From NCBI RefSeq assembly GCF_018977255.1, contig NW_024704758.1:15068001-15132000 (forward strand): a stretch of DNA of 64,000 nt, in the 5' to 3' direction. Below are positions 36,730 to 50,652 of the stretch, one piece after another (the first letter of the stretch is position 1; each line of letters opens with the position of its first letter). A program made the translations under genes and the position numbers. Origin of the DNA: Callorhinchus milii (Eukaryota). Below the pieces are notes generated by a model. That model was not told the DNA's origin. It did no database searches and saw only the letters and a program-made list of their open reading frames with translations.

Positions 36730-37130
36730 AATCAATCCACGCCTGTTTGTGGGACGCTACTGTGCACAATTGGCTGCCATATTTTGCCCACAAAATATAC
36801 AGTCAATTCACTTTACAGTATATTCTGTGAAGCGCTTTGAGACGTCTCGAAGGCGTGATAAGGCGCTGTATCAAATGTGAGTATTATTTTCTGAACACTG
36901 GACACAGTCTCAAAAAGAAGCAAGAGTTTCTCCTGCTATCCTAGCCAATAATCCTCCTGATAGAATTGGTCATCCCCTTTGTGGTTGTTTGCAAGCCATT
37001 GAGCAAATTGGCTGCTGTATTTGCCTACAAATAAACAGTCACTACACTTCACAGAAAATCCCTTGAAATGTTTTGAGGTGACTTGACGATGTGATGAGAC
37101 GCTATAACCAGATGTAAGGATTATTATTAT
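36730..37130 (+). mobile_element. Family A 3' half (36730-36888) followed by a family B 3' half
   Basis: Two successive Deu-like bodies, each ending in the shared tail. Confidence 0.8.
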
Positions 37131-37542
37131 TCGGCTGTGTTCTTGAAAGGAAAATAAAATGACTGGTGCACAAAGCTTTAACTCGGAACACAAATCAAAT
37201 CTTTGACAGGTTCTCCATATAACGTGTCAAACGCATCGTGATGCCAGCAGTAACAAACCCAAAATTAAACTTTAAGTACGTCTAGAAATGTTTCAAAATG
37301 TCCAATTGTTTCCTTGGGAATTCACTTTTTTCTCTCTCTCTCTTTCTCGCGATGCAAAGGCACAGGGCAAGCTGATTGATGGTGAGATACAGAGAAAGGC
37401 AGAGCCTGAAAGAATTGCACAACAAAGAGCAGCGATGGAAAAAGCGTCGGTGTATCCTATGCTATCAGTAGTGTGGTCCTCACAGCGGGAGGAGAAACAC
37501 ACACAGGTTACATTGAAGAAATAGGTAACAGCCACTTATAAT

Positions 37543-37752
37543 CTAATAATAATCCTTGCATTTGATATAACGCCTTATCATGTCTTCGAGACGTCTCAAA
37601 GCGCTTCACAGAATACACTGTAGTGTGTAGTAACTGTATATTTTGTGGGTGAACCGCGGCAGCTAATTGCGCACAGCAGCGTCCCACAAACAGTCGTGGA
37701 TTGAGGTGACCAAATGATTAGTTTTTCTATTTATTTATCTTGAAGGGATTAT
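37543..37752 (-). mobile_element. SINE family A, 5'-truncated
   Basis: Reversed body and tail, very similar to the other A copies. Confidence 0.9.
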
Positions 37753-40254
37753 GCTTGTACTTATGTACTTATACGGAGGATAGCAGCAACCATTTGCATT
37801 GCGCAGTTTTCAGACAAATATTATGTTAAATCTTCACCAGTGCAAAGTTTTAACGTTCAACAGCCCCCCCCCCTCCCCACTCAACCCAACCCACCCCCTC
37901 CTCCTTTCGTAGCAATGTGCTGCTATAAAGGAATAGGGTCAGAGATATTAAAGCAGTGCTCGAATGGGTGTCAATGCATGGGAAAAGCACACAGAGTGCA
38001 AAACATGAACAATCCAGTATGGGTTCTGCTGTAACAGGAGATCTTGAGCCCAGTGTCTCCAGGTTCCCTTTTTAATCAGTTCTTTGTCCCCTTTTCACAG
38101 GGTAAATATGTTGGAACCTTCGCTGTTACCTTCATAATGAGCTGAATAACTTTCAATCGTCTTAGCTCGAGTGCTGGCCTGTGAAAAGCCTCTTTCACAG
38201 GAGAGAGGAATGTCTTTAACATGAATGAGGGGAGAGGTGGAGTTAGCCCTCAATCCCCCCTCCCACCATCTCCCACACATTAAACTCTCTCATTCCCTGC
38301 TAAATGTGGGAACGGTGAGCATGATTTAGTATCACCAGGTGTCATCTGTGCTCTTCCCCCATTCAGAACGACAAAATCATCATTTAGTTCCACAAAGAGT
38401 AATGTGGGTGGGTGGGTGATCGGTTTCCTTGAGTTATGAAGATTAGGCATCCACTTGGATGATTTTTTTTCCCCTCGCATCTCACATATACTCCACATCC
38501 CACTCGCTGGAATTCCATTCTGCAATCCTTTCAATTTCTTCCCTCCTTCCCTTCACCTCATTCAAGGTCCATGTGAAGACCTACCTCTTCAACAGCCCCC
38601 ATTTTTGGTCATCTCTGCCGTCTCCCCCTCAACCCCACAAACCCCCACTACCTCCACCCCCAAACCCTTGAACAGCATTGGCGTTAAATTCATGTCCGTC
38701 CATTTGCCTTGACAGTGGCGAAGTCTGACCCCGAGCCAGGGGGGGAAGGGCGGGAAGAAGGTTTTTAGGCGGGATTTGAAGGTGGGGAGGGAGGGGGCAG
38801 TTTGGGATTATCCCATACTTGATCCCGCTGAGCGCCCACCTGACACAAGCAGGTGATGAACCGGGACAGAAGCTTGTCTTGTGCTGTGTTGCTGAGACTT
38901 GCAGTAAGCCATGAGCTGATGGAAGGTGCAGTAAGTCTTAAAACCCAGTGATGTGCTGAGGTATTAAAAGTGACACGAGCATGTTGCTACTGTCGGTTAT
39001 GATAAATAGGTTTTGCTGTCTTTCTGAACTCGCAGTCTTCCTCTAAAGTAGCAGACACTGATCAAGTGCTGCGTTCAAGGTTCTTCTTTTGTGGATGTTT
39101 CAGGTTTCTATAAGCCAACACAGGAGCTCGTTCGCACAGCAGCTCTATCTGAAACTGCCTCCCTCCTCCGCTTGTGAGACCCATTGTCTGGCTTACTTTT
39201 TTTGCCATTGCCAATGGAACAAGCAAAGGCTTTGGCAACCTGAGGCGAGCACCATTGTATTGATGGCATGATTGTATCGTGTGATCCTTGTTGAATTGTG
39301 TGTTCCGTGCAGCACTCTCGGCTCCGAGTTCAGAGAATTGTGTGTTCAATTGCCCATCGGAGCTTTGAACTCGCTGTCTCGGTTGATATCCAGTGTGTTG
39401 CTATGGGGCGGGTGGGGGTAATGGGGAAGGGGTTGCATTGTTAGAGGTACAAGGTGTTACACTGCCTGTCTGTTTGGGTGGATGTTAAAGAGCCTATGGC
39501 ACTGGCCAACAATCCCCCAGAGAAGATTGATCCCTCACTCTAGGGCTGTTTGGGTGGCACTCTTGCTGTGTACAAATTGGCTGCCATGTTTGGCAACGTG
39601 ATCTGAAAGACGGCACCTCCAACAACACAGTGCTCCCCCCCCCACCCCCGCCGCACTGCACTGGAGTGTCAGCCTAGACCGTGTGAGATCAAAGTCCCAA
39701 CGGGGGGAGAGGGAGTGCTACCAACTGAACCAGGTTATTGTATCGGCACCGCTTTCCAAATTGCATACACTGCCTTGCTGCCCCCCACCTCACTGTCTCT
39801 CCCACACGATTAATAAGTGAAATGAATCAGATGATAAAACCATCCCTTTGGAACCACCCGGCGGCTGTTGAGAATGATAAAGGAGCCAGCGGGGTGTCTG
39901 TGTTATCAGCTACTCCTGTTTGCTGCTAAACAATGACAAATCGTTCTTTAGGGTTTTTTTTCTGCAACGTAGAAGCTCCAGGATTCACTTTCTCTTCCTG
40001 TCAGTTTACTGAACACTGTCGGTATGGAGATAAAGTACGCGATGTGCTTCTTACCTGCCAATGATCAAGCGCAGGGTTGTGGAGCTTAACCGTAAGATGT
40101 CCCTGGCCGCACAGTGCATCAGACAGGGGCCACAGGGAGACCCAATGAATGTGACTTGACATCACTGGGATTCTGCAGCAATTATATTGCATTAAGACGG
40201 GACCCGAGCTGGTGGTGGGAGGGGCACGAGGGGCTCCGGGAGGCAGAAGTTAAC

Positions 40255-40375
40255 TGAAAGCAGGGTCAGGGAGGTAGGTTTTGAGATGTGTCTCGAAGGA
40301 GGGGAGGGAGGGAGGGAATCGGAGAGACTCTGGGATGGAGTTGGGCAGAGGAGTTGAGAAGTATGGATCGAAAAC
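40255..40375 (-). mobile_element. L2 ORF2-end remnant
   Basis: The minus strand reads LPNSIPESLRFPPSLPSFETHLKTYLPDPAF. Confidence 0.75.
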
Positions 40376-41289
40376 AGGTTCTTTGGAGATAAATAAATAC
40401 ATTAAAAAAAACATATTTAGAAATAAGATATTGAATTGGAAAAAAGAAACCAAGCTCCATTCCACCGACATAAAACCTTCGAACAGGTTCTTCTCTTTGT
40501 GTAATGAGAAATATTTGTTATAGAAAGATAATACAACAAAACAATATATGGAGCTGTCAGCGACTCTGCAGTTCAGTGAATGATAAACCCCTGAAAAGAA
40601 TAACTTCATTAAGGACTACTGAACCAGAAATGACTAGACTAATGGACTCGCTCTGCTGGCTCCAGCGCCAGGTTCTGTAATGAAGGCCTATATCTTGGCT
40701 GAAGCCATGCTGCCCTTGTTATATTTCTGTCCATTAGTTTCAAAGCAAAACAATCACCAGTCTAACGCAGAGAAAGAGATGGAAAAAAGCCTGGGCTGGC
40801 CGATCGCATGACAATCCCGAGGAGATGGATAGCTGCGGAAGAAAAGGCCAAGGAGCTCTGACAACATGAAATAAAAAGACTGTCTGGCCTGGCGAGGAGC
40901 CCAGGTGTAGGTAAGACACAGAGTCAAGTTCTTCAATGTTCATCGGAAGCATTAAGTCATTTATAATTTGCCCACAAAATGCACACAGTCACAGCGCTCT
41001 ACAGTATATCACGTGAAGCGCTTTGAGATGACTCAACAATGTGATGAGGGACTATATCAAATGCAAGGATTATTAATACAACCCAAGTTGAATGAGGTTG
41101 GGTTGTAGGGGGAGTGGAGGTTGGGGGATAGTATTATTTAAGCCGCATTGAAGAATTCTTTGCAAATGGCAGTGGAAGCCTTGCCTGTAGTATTTGAGAG
41201 AGGAGATGATTAAGGTGTCCTGCACAGTTTTGTCTAATTTGAAAGGACTTTGAAAGCAGATTCATTTCCTCTTGTCTCTTCAATATATA

Positions 41290-41480
41290 GCGAGACAGAT
41301 GGTGGAAGTAGAAAATGTTGTTTATTTCAAGAACAAATTAGGTAGATTTCTGCTAGAAAATAATATCTGTGGATACAGTATATAGTTTGGGACACGACAT
41401 ATCAAGCGACTGTCAGGGATGGTGGAAGGTGAACTAGATGGACTTTGTTTTTCTTTTGCCAGCAAATTCTTACCTTCTTA
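41290..41480 (+). mobile_element. Old CR1-like 3' fragment with a different 3' UTR type
   Basis: ggtggaagtagaaaatgttgtttatttcaagaacaaattaggtagatttctg resembles CR1 V(E/D)A...FKxxLDRFL. Confidence 0.55.
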
Positions 41481-41521
41481 TATCATCGGGTCCTGCAATG
41501 GCACAGCCTGTCCTGGGCACC

Positions 41522-42240
41522 GCAACAACAACTTGCACTTATATAGCGCCCTCCATGTATTATAGTGCCTCAGAGCATTTAACAGTGGTAGAGTCTGACT
41601 CAGAGTGGGGGGAGGGGAGAGGTGATAGTAAGCATGGTCGATAAGGAAGGTTTTTAGGCGGGACATGAAAATGGAGAGAGGGGGCAAGGCGGAGGGATTG
41701 AGGGAGAGTGTTCCAGAGCTTTGCGGCGTAGTGTCTGAAAGCGCGACCTCCGATGGTGGGGCGGAGGGTGCGAGGGACGAGCAGGAGGTGGTGCCAGTCG
41801 AGCGGTGTTGGATTGGGGGAGTGAGGAGGTCGGAGAGGGAGGGAGGTGCCAGAGAGTGAAGGGATTTGAACACGAGTGAGAGGATCTTGAAGTTGATCGG
41901 TTCGGTGATGGGGAGCCAGTGGAGCCTAGGCCAGAGTTGGTGAGATGTGGGGACGGAGTTTGATCCGGGTCAGTCTGCGGGCAGCAGAGTCTGAATGAGC
42001 TGGATTTTTTTTGAATAGTGGAGCTGGGGATACCGGCGAGGAGAGCGTTGGAGTAATCCAGTAATCCAGGCAGGAGGTGACAAACAAATGCACGAGGGTT
42101 TCGGCTGCATTTGGGGAAGATACGGTCGGAAGCAGGCAATGTGGCGGAGGTGGAAGAGGGCAGTGCGTGTCATTCACATACATGTGGAAGTTTACCCCGT
42201 GTCTGCGGATGACATCGCCCAGAGGGAGCGTGTAGGTGAG
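41522..42240 (-). mobile_element. L2-clade LINE 3' fragment with an internal deletion (dead RT)
   Basis: Minus-strand peptides LTYTLPLGDVIRRHGVNFHMYVNDT, TRTALFHLRHIA, AETLVHLFVTSCLDY, SNALLAGIP, FKSLHSLAPPSLSDLL and LKTFLIDHAY; tail ends aagtgcaagttgttgtt. Confidence 0.9.
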
Positions 42241-42769
42241 GCAGCCCTACTCCCATGAAATGCAAACAGTGTGACTCTCTCCTTCAAGTCTTTCACCAGT
42301 TGCTATACGAGCCTCAAGGTGCTTCTTGTATAACAGAACCAACCGGCCACCACAAGACTGGTTCAGATCCAGATGGTCCTTTGACCACATCTGATCTCAT
42401 CTGCCTTTCACGACACTTCCACAATGTTCACCCATCACTGCTTTTGAAATCAGTCCTCGGGTCAGGCTACCTTTCTGGCAACTTGTTCTCGTCGTTGATA
42501 ACCTTCCAAGTAAAGAAAATGTGCTGGTGTCTGCCCTGAAGTTGCCGTTGGCAACTCTAAACCCGTGTCCTCTTGTTCTGCTGCCTCAGTGCATTCTAAA
42601 GTATCGTTCTGAAATCCTAAAGTATTGTTCTCATCTGTTAACAAGCACCGATTTTTCACCTCAACAATTTCCCTAGATTTGAATCAAACTTTACAGCTGG
42701 TGCTGAATGTTAAGCAGCTGACATCTGCGGTGCTCGCGTCTAACATGTGGTGATGGGGTATCAATCATG

Positions 42770-43185
42770 TGTCAGCCTGGCCCAATTGGTAGCACTCCCA
42801 CCTCTGATTCAGAAGATTGTGGGTTCAAGCCCCTGCACTGGAATTTTGGAACTCATATAATCTAAGCTGACTCTCTAATAGGTAAACAGAGTGTTTCCCT
42901 CCAGGGAGAGAGTGTGCATTCCATTCTCATATACATCTTTGTAACTTCCATGTATGGGTGGGATACGTGGAATTCTGTTTGGTTAGGATGTTCCTAAGGA
43001 TGGTGATGGGTTTCCATGTGTGTCAGACACCTGGCTGACGAAAAGAAAGATCCCACGGCACTATTTATTTGAAAAGAGAAGGGAATTTCTCTCGGGAGAC
43101 TGGCCAACAATCCCCCAGATAAAATTGATCATCCTCTCCTCATGCGGGGCATTGGCTTGTGAAAATTGGCTGCCTCATTCACCTA
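42770..43185 (+). mobile_element. Family B SINE interrupted by a third copy of the unclassified repeat (about 42880-43015)
   Basis: Head gtcagcctggcccaattggtagcactc...ggttcaagccc; insert ccctccagggagagagtgtgcattccattc...ggtgatgggtttc; core resumes aaagatcccacggcactatt. Confidence 0.7.
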
Positions 43186-45189
43186 GAAACGTATCTGTCG
43201 CTCTTGCCTTTTCTGTGATAAATTGAAGGAAGGACGAGTCTCACGAAACACAAAGTGGTGTAAAAATATCTGCCGACCTTTCTGCGTGTGACTGTATACG
43301 CCAATTAATCAGAGCATGAATTATTTAACGTTTTCTACGTACATTGCTGCAGGGCAGCCTAATCTGCACATAAATGACTAATTCCACTGTTAAAACAAAA
43401 AACAGTCGGAAACATCTGGAACGCATTTTTCACCGGGCTGTCATGTAACGTAAGGAAGCAAAGAAAAGAACCCAGCAAAAAACGAGAAGCAAACAGAATA
43501 ATACTCTGCTTAATAGAACAACAATTTGGATTTACATTACACCTTTCACGTAGATAACAAAACAAATAATTGTTGATTGTGCGCACAAAATGCTTGAGCC
43601 GAGGCTGGCTGCTATGGACAGCGGGTATTAATTGATTTTCCCAGAGGCATGTTCAAAATTCAGTCGTTCAGTAATACTGTTCCCTCTCCCACCACCACCA
43701 CTCCCCACCTTTACATGCCATGATTTTCATCGCATTGTCATTCACTGAGCAGATGTATTTTAGTCTAAGTCTGACTGGTTTTGATTTGCATGTTGAATTT
43801 CATGCACACTCTTATCACAGACCAAGTTGAATGCTTTTTTTAAACCGTGATCACTCTCTTCCTCTCCTCCGCCTTGCCCCCATCTTAATACCTGAAAACT
43901 TACCTCTTTGACCACACTATGGTTACCCTCTCTTTCCCCCCCACGTCCCCCATTAGCTTGCCTGAAGGCCACTGTATAAAGTTATCGTTAATTTTATTCC
44001 AACGAGAGTACTTTTACACACAGCGCACCCCCCGCAGATGAACTGGGCATCAGAATTTGCTCCTCCATAAATGAACCTTCACTGTCTCCAAGTTGACTGT
44101 GAAGCAGTTCCATTGTGTGAGTAAACCGTGAATCCGCTGACCATATCCTCCCCCCACAATGAGATGATCACCTATTGCAACCTCCGAATCCAATACTAAA
44201 CGTAGCTGCTGCATGACAACCCAGACACAAAGAGAAACCCCCTCCATTTATTGTATTAAACACCAATATCCCAAATCACTTCCCACACTTGCAGAGCGAG
44301 GGATTCGCTGCAGTTTACTATGCGTCCATTGTGCACATTCTTCACACAAGACTGAAAATAGAATTGTTCACTATTCTTCAAGGGGTTGAGAGGGTAAATA
44401 GTAAGAGATCATTGTTAAACTGATGTCCTGTCTATCTGTTCAGCTGAAGAGAGTTTTACCCCATGTCCTGTTTAGCTACTTCCCTTACTCCGACACTGCA
44501 TTGAAGTGCCAACCTATACTATGCAAGGCCAAAGTCCCAACGTGAGGCTTGAACCCACAACCTTCTGACTGAGAGACATGAGAGTGCTACCAACTGAGCA
44601 AGAATGACATGCGAAGAAAAATACCATTGTTTTGGGGAAAAGGAAGGGTTGATGAGTGGGACAAAGTGGGTGGATCTTTGATTGAGAGAGAGCGAGAGAG
44701 ACGGCACAGCCGCGATGGTCAAAGAGCTTCCTCTTGTGCTATAAAACTACACGATTTCCATAAGTGATGAGAGGACTTTGATCAATTATAGATAGCAAGC
44801 ACTCATTAATCTTTGGACTGACAAATTTCAAAGTAAAGAATTAATTTATGTAATACAGTATACATTAAATATTACGGTCAGATTCAGGGAAATAAATAGG
44901 GAACACTTCCATCTCTGATTTCTAATGAAAACTCTGGAGAATGACGCCCTGACTATCGGGATTTGCAGATCAAGAGTTTTAAAGCCATACGTAAAATTTG
45001 AATTTTTTAAAAAGAAATTTTTTGGGGGGTCAAATATGAATTTATGATAATTTCAAGGCAGAAACGTACGCAGGAGATGAAAGAGACAGTTCGTGCAAAA
45101 TTGTCCTATTTTTGAACCATTATATGGAAGAATGGATTTTCCGTGGAGGATCAACATCACATTGTCTCTGAGATTGACTATGCTATATA

Positions 45190-45388
45190 GATAATAATAA
45201 TCCTTGCATTTGATATAGTGCCTTATCACGGCTTCTAGATGTCTCAAAGCGCCTCATAGAATATATTGTAAAGTGAATTGACTTTGTAAATTTTGTGGGC
45301 GAAACGCAGCAGTAAGTTGCGCACAGCAGTGTCCCACAAACAGTCATTGGTTTACCAAATTATTATTTTTGTTTTGAAGGGATTATTA
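45190..45388 (-). mobile_element. SINE family A, 5'-truncated
   Basis: Reversed body and tail. Confidence 0.88.
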
Positions 45389-48300
45389 CCTTATTAGCAA
45401 TGAAGTGGTCAACTGGCTTGGAGTAGTTCTCGTTCCATGTATTGTACTGATGCCAGGTGGGAGTACAGTAATGTACGGATTTTGTTAGCTCGTACCATGA
45501 ATCAAGTACACCCACAAAACAAATTGTGGTTTACCGACTGTCAGTGATTCCTTTGCATCTACATTAACCTTCCAAGGGAAGTCGCTTTCTGCTCCCTTTA
45601 AACAGTGGGAACTTCTTTCCAGGTCCTGATACTGATGGCCAGCGAGTGATCTGTCCATACGGTCTCAGTCCCAGGTTCCTGGTGGGATTGTGCCAATTAC
45701 ATTTAGTGCTGACTGCCACAGGACATGTACAATCAGTACTGTCAATCAGCCATGACAAGCAGAGGAGCACAGTGACCTTAGGAACAAGGGAGAACAAAGC
45801 TTGTCCCAGTAAAGATCCACTATCTGCAGCAGCTGACCGACGTTTAAAGTTTTCGCCTTAAAACCCGCCTGAAGAGGCATCTGAAGAGCAGGAATAGAGG
45901 GGAAGATCAGACCTAAATAAATGGACTGAATGTTAACTTCACTCAGTGAGGATTGGGGATGAAATAAGGACTAGAAATAAAAATGTTTCATCATGGATCA
46001 GTGGCAAAGGCCCAATGGGCCGAATAATACTAACAATCCTTGCATTTGATTTAGGGCCTTATCATGTCTTCGAGACATCTCAAAGCGCTTGACAGAAAAT
46101 ACTGTAAAGTAAATTGACTATATTTTGTGGGCAAAATACAGCAGCCAATTGTGCTCAGTACAGCACCTTTCACATCAGGAGGTCATCTTTGACTCTATAA
46201 TTCGATGCCATGTCAAATCTGTCATGTTCCATCGCATTTTTCAACCCATTAAAACAATGACTGCTTGTTTAAACGCGTGTTCAAAAGTAAATTGTAATGA
46301 AGCAGTTTGTCAGGAACTCGCCAGTTAGCGCAGACTGGTAAGGAGCACAGTCGGAGAAACTTTTATTGTTATACAGACTTAAACGGTGCCGATTGATACA
46401 TTATAATCTCTTAAAAGCCGTAAGGTTTTGAGTCAAGGGACTCAAATGCCCAACTGGTCAACTCAAATCTAATTGCAAATATCTAAAGAAACTCCGTTAG
46501 AACGACGGGACACTTTTCTGCCAGTTTTGGCCCCTCACTTTGTGGCTGTATGTGGGACATCGCTGTGCGCCAATTTGGCTGCCCTGAACAAATTGCCAAA
46601 TAAATGGAGAGAGAATTTGCATTCTGCAATGTAAGTGGCTCCTTTAATAGTGGTGATTCCATCATAATAAAATCACAGCAAAACAGCGTTGGCAGTCCTC
46701 ACACCAGAGTTGCTTGTTCCTTTACAGCATGATTAACGGTAAGTATCTAGTTATCTATGTTTATTCAGTGTTCCATCTGGCCAAACATCAGGACTGCACC
46801 AGGAGCAGAGACACAGTGAATAATAAGGATCTCACATTCGCTGAGTGTTGCCACAGAAAACAGACTCTTCCTCACCTCTCTTCCACCCCGCAAAGCTTTT
46901 TGTTTATGACCTTTCCTCCACTAAGACTGATTCCAACTGTGTTACCATTGTGTCACCTCCGGCAGGAGTAACCCTTTCGTACTAATCGTCACACTCACCT
47001 CTGAGTCAGAAGGTTTGGGTTCAAGCCCCACATCGGGGCATTTAACTTGCGTAATCTAGGCTGACGCTCCAGGGCAATGCTGGGAGAGCACTGCATTGTC
47101 GGAGGTGTTTTCGCTGCATACTTTGTGTTGGAATTATTGGGTGGGTGTGGTGGGGGTTGCGAGGAATAGAGGAGTCAGCAAATATTCTGCCATGAGTTCC
47201 TAAGAGCAGAAGCTGGGATTGCAAGACTGAAGCTCCCTCTACATCCTTCTAAAGAAAACCCCCAGCGATTTATTTCAGGGGTTTTGCAGACTGAACGGTT
47301 GTGCTGCCTTGGTCACTGTTGAAATGTTTTCAATGAGATAAGGAGTCCACCGGGAAGCAGGGCCCATGTAAACAAAGAGAGCTCAGCCATGATGTCAAGG
47401 CAGCAAACAGGAAGATGCTCTGAACTTGCAGTGTTGAGCGATAGAGTTAAAGTCTGACTTTTTCAATTGTTCCTCGGCCACAAACAAATGGGATCCATAG
47501 CACTGCATCATGTATAGAGGCCTTGTGCTTCATGACTTAGCTATTTGTAACTGACGCTGTTTGGTGCTGGACTCTGGTAGAGCGTGAGTGGGGGGGGTGG
47601 GTAAGTGAGTGAGTGGGTGGGTGGGCGGGTGGGTGAGTGAGTGAGTGATGGAGAAATTGATGGGAATGATCATGTCCCTTAATACCTTTTCTTCCCAAGT
47701 ACCAGTCTATCTCCCTCTTGATTCTGCAGCCACCTGGTCACCCAGACCCAATGGAATCCCGCTCTCCTGCTCGCTGCCCATTTCTCACGCCTTTCAAAAA
47801 CATTCAACCTCCTCAAAAAACATTAATTCCAGAAAGATAAACAGAGTAAACAATAGATTTCATGGACTTTGCTACAACTGCAGTGATTTTCCCAACCCTC
47901 AGTGTGAAGGAATGTTTAAGCTGGGGCTGATATTCAGAACCCGCTCCCTTCATCCTAAATCTTTTCCAGTGATAATATTCTAATAATAATCATTTCATTC
48001 GATGTAGTGCCTTATCGCATTGTTGGGATATCTCAAAGGACTTTGAAGGATATATTGTAAAGTGGGTTGACTGTATCATGTGGGCGAGAGAGTAGAGTGA
48101 AAGAGTTGTTCCCTATCTAAATCATCCCTTTCCTTTTATTTAAAAATGCAGCTAAGATTTTGAAAATGTTACTCATGCAGAAAACTAATAACTCCTTCAA
48201 TTGAGTTATGACGACAGAATGTCAATAGCTCATTGTCTTCGATGAGAGATGTTCAGCTGTGCTGTGAGCACATCTGGTGTGCACTGAAGCTCAGCAGTGG

Positions 48301-50489
48301 GAATCCACTGCTGGTTCTCTCCTCAATTGGCAGAGCAAAGTGTTGACAATGGGCTAAGACACGAGTTTTGAAAAGATAATTCAATGCGATCGTTTAGCAG
48401 ACACACAGAGCGAGACAGGCATATGTCACCCAAGATGGTGGAGATATTAAGAATGATAACTGCCCATTTTTTGGAAATCTGTTTGCTCACGCCAATTATC
48501 ATTTGGAGGGCTTAATTCCTGGGAATTAAAAGTGTATTCAGGAGAAATGCAGCCTCTCCTGCAAAGCCTATTCCCTTTCCAGAGATATGCAGCACACAGC
48601 TGCCGTTTTCTTTGAAATGACTTAACGTGCTCCAGTCATGCTCGTGATCCACTGGGAAGCAATCTGTGCAGCAAAACAAACTCTGTCACTTACACCAGGC
48701 CTATTGCAATGTGCTCCCCCCCCGTTGTCTTGACTGCTGTCTTTACTAAATCATGGGGGTGTGGGGTGCTTATGCCGTTCAGTCTCCCTAGCTACAGGAA
48801 ACCAAAGGGGATTGGGGTGGGTGGGGGGAGGGAGTCAAGAGAGGAGAATGGCTGAAACCAATGATGGGGGGATCGGGCAGCAGGGACTTTACCAGGAACT
48901 AAAACAATGTACGGTATTCCATTGGAATAGACCGCTGCTTATTTTTGACCACCTTCATTTTCACCTCCCGCTTCCCACACACCCGCTCAGTCAACAGTCT
49001 CAGGGGAGGGGGTGGGGGGTGAGGTGATGTATCACTGATGATAATCATCACATCGCACACTGCAGGTACCTCCATTGCATATTGTTGGATTTACACTGAG
49101 CTGACTGGATCTCAGAAATATAACAGCATCAGTTACATGGAGTGGTTAATGAGGACTGACACCTTGTCTTACATTGGCTTTGCAACAAGGGGTAGAAATC
49201 CCTGCTTCAAGCAGTAGAAAACACCATCAGAATAAAGATATTAACAGATTATTGCCTGTTTGTCATCAGGAAATTGTACACGTCTTGGCCCCATTTGATT
49301 TCATCATTTCCAGAATGGCTCCCACTTGCATTCTCCTGTCACATGAAGCTGTTTCTTAAATGACTCCAGCCTTCTAGCTTCCCCGAGTACCCATTCTAGG
49401 CTCTGCGTAAAGAAATAACTCCCTATGTCTGTGCTAAAATTGCCTTTCAGAACCCTGAGCCCCATGAAAGTTACATCAGTGCTTAATTTAAGATTCTGAT
49501 GTAACCGTACTGAGAGAATTATTTAATTGTGGGAGAATGTCACAGTCAATCTCCCTGTCGCTGCTTTCTTTCTCTGTTGGCATTTATTAATTATAATATT
49601 AATCATAACATTAATCATAATATTGTAATAATCCTTGCATGTGGTATATATGGCACCTTTCATATCAGGAGGATGTCTCAAAGCTCTTCACAGGATTCAC
49701 TGCAAAGTGCAATGAGTGCGCACAAACAGGCCAAAACAAAGCCAGGCCAAATAACTTGGGATCTTGAGCACAGAATGGAATGGAATAATTGTCAACAACA
49801 GTGGCACGGCATCACTTACAGTGAGAAAGAGTCAACTTGGTACTGGGTTGCAGTGCAGTGAGCCAACATTCTGTCAAGAATCCCGCAACTTCTTCCGTTG
49901 AACCAAGATAAGACAGTGATCCATGTAGGACCTTTGAGAAATTGCTCTGCCAAGGACTTTCCATCTCTCCTTCCCTTGGAATTGCAAGCTGACCTTTATC
50001 AAGGAATTATCACTCGGCTTCACCGCTCAAACCAGTCAAAGACACGGAGCCTTGATAAAAATGAGGCCCGCAGCAGTTCAGATTAAAAGTTATACCCCAG
50101 AGGTCTGTTGTAATGTGAAGTGCTCTGTCACCATCTCTAGAGAACTCGCGAGGAATACACTCTTTATGCTTTTAATCCTTGCAGCAACTAAAGATGGTGA
50201 CAGAGCCTGCTCTGATCAGTTGGGTTATAAATGATTGTTGTCCTATCAGACTTCAGGCGATGTAGCTTTTCCAATCCCAGTGGATTAGAGGCTGAGATAC
50301 CGGCTGAATATTAAATGAAAGGAAAGCGCTTATCAAAATGTTGGCATTCTGACCTTTGCTGAACGATGAACATTGTGGTGGAAATGAAAAGCTTGGCGTT
50401 CTGACCCGAGCTTGAAGAGCCACCAGTTCAACCCAATTTACATCTGCTAGGTTGATGGGTCACTGCAGGTAACAGCCTGGCTCAATGAT

Positions 50490-50652
50490 AAACTTTTAAG
50501 AGGGAACTAGATAGATGTTTAAATAGAAATAATTTGCATCGGTGTTGGGGAGGAAAAGGCAATTACATTGCTACTGAAAGGATTGCTCTTTCAAAGAGCC
50601 AGTACTGACACAATTGGTCTTCTTCTGTGCTGCAAATATCTATTGTTCTATT
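50490..50652 (+). mobile_element. Old CR1-like 3' fragment
   Basis: acttttaagagggaactagatagatgttt (TFKRELDRCL) and 3' UTR ...cttctgtgctgcaaatatctattgttctat; a related tail lies at about 44625-44760. Confidence 0.6.
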
